NCBI GenBank assembly: GCA_050125095.1
Contig: JASFEA010000081.1
Span: 1 to 14,727, forward strand
Reading direction: 5' to 3'
Length of the DNA stretch: 14,727 nucleotides
DNA from: a bacterium
GTDB taxonomy: Bacteria > Arandabacterota > Arandabacteria > Arandabacterales > JALGWA01
Of the stretch, positions 14,622 to 14,727 are shown piece after piece. A program made the position numbers and the translations under genes. Position 1 is the stretch's first letter, and each line of letters begins with the position of its first letter. The notes below the pieces were generated by a model that was not told where the DNA came from, did no database searches, and was given only the letters and a program-made list of their open reading frames with translations.

Positions 14622-14727
14622 TTATCTCTCCTTGAAGAGCCTCAATAGCTCAGAGTCGGTGGAGAGAACGACCGTCGTCTTGCTGTTCAGGAACTTCTCG
14701 TACGCCTGGAGGGTACGCGTGAGCTTG
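14622..14727 (-). CDS. hflC: 3' end of hflC (partial, runs off the window edge)
   Basis: The minus-strand frame ends ...KLTRTLQAYEKFLNSKTTVVLSTDSELLRLFKER-stop, closely paralleling the E. coli HflC C-terminus ...SLQAYEKSFSGNQDVMVLSPDSDFFRYM. The stop lies 21 nt upstream of the hflK start. Gene order here is hflC then hflK. Confidence 0.55.
   Translation of the reverse strand, partial: KLTRTLQAYEKFLNSKTTVVLSTDSELLRLFKER

Overview
This is a high-GC (~62-64%) bacterial window with ten credible protein-coding genes plus one partial gene, and no rRNA, tRNA or CRISPR. The origin is probably an uncultivated FCB-superphylum-like organism; that is an inference from two cargo proteins carrying Por/T9SS-type C-terminal sorting domains. 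Gene content, left to right: (1) a 956-aa secreted protein with about 13 tandem ~26-aa Gly-rich repeats ending G-[N/D]-D-x-Y, fused to C-terminal HEAT/PBS-lyase-type repeats, an architecture I cannot assign to a known family; (2) a macro-domain (ADP-ribose processing) protein on the minus strand; (3) a compact plus-strand operon of an Rrf2-family Fe-S regulator, a 2x[4Fe-4S] ferredoxin-domain protein with an unassigned Cys-rich C-terminal domain, and a Ni-CODH/HCP-family enzyme (cooS-like), preceded by a textbook TTGACA-17-TAATAT promoter that overlaps a 13-5-13 palindrome; (4) a small hypothetical gene; (5) two tandem minus-strand secreted cysteine proteases, one papain-like C1A and one with a clan-CD-like His-x41-Cys dyad, which share a homologous pre-CTD beta-sandwich domain and a T9SS-type CTD; (6) a divergently transcribed lipoprotein with an SbsA-type Ig-like domain and two PPC-like domains; (7) hflK, preceded by the 3' end of hflC. 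The most interesting signals are the novel repeat protein, the CooS-like enzyme with a Cys-to-Glu change at a C-cluster ligand position and an Rrf2 regulator in place of the usual CooA/RcoM, and the modular protease pair. All calls are read by eye from the sequence, with no searches run.
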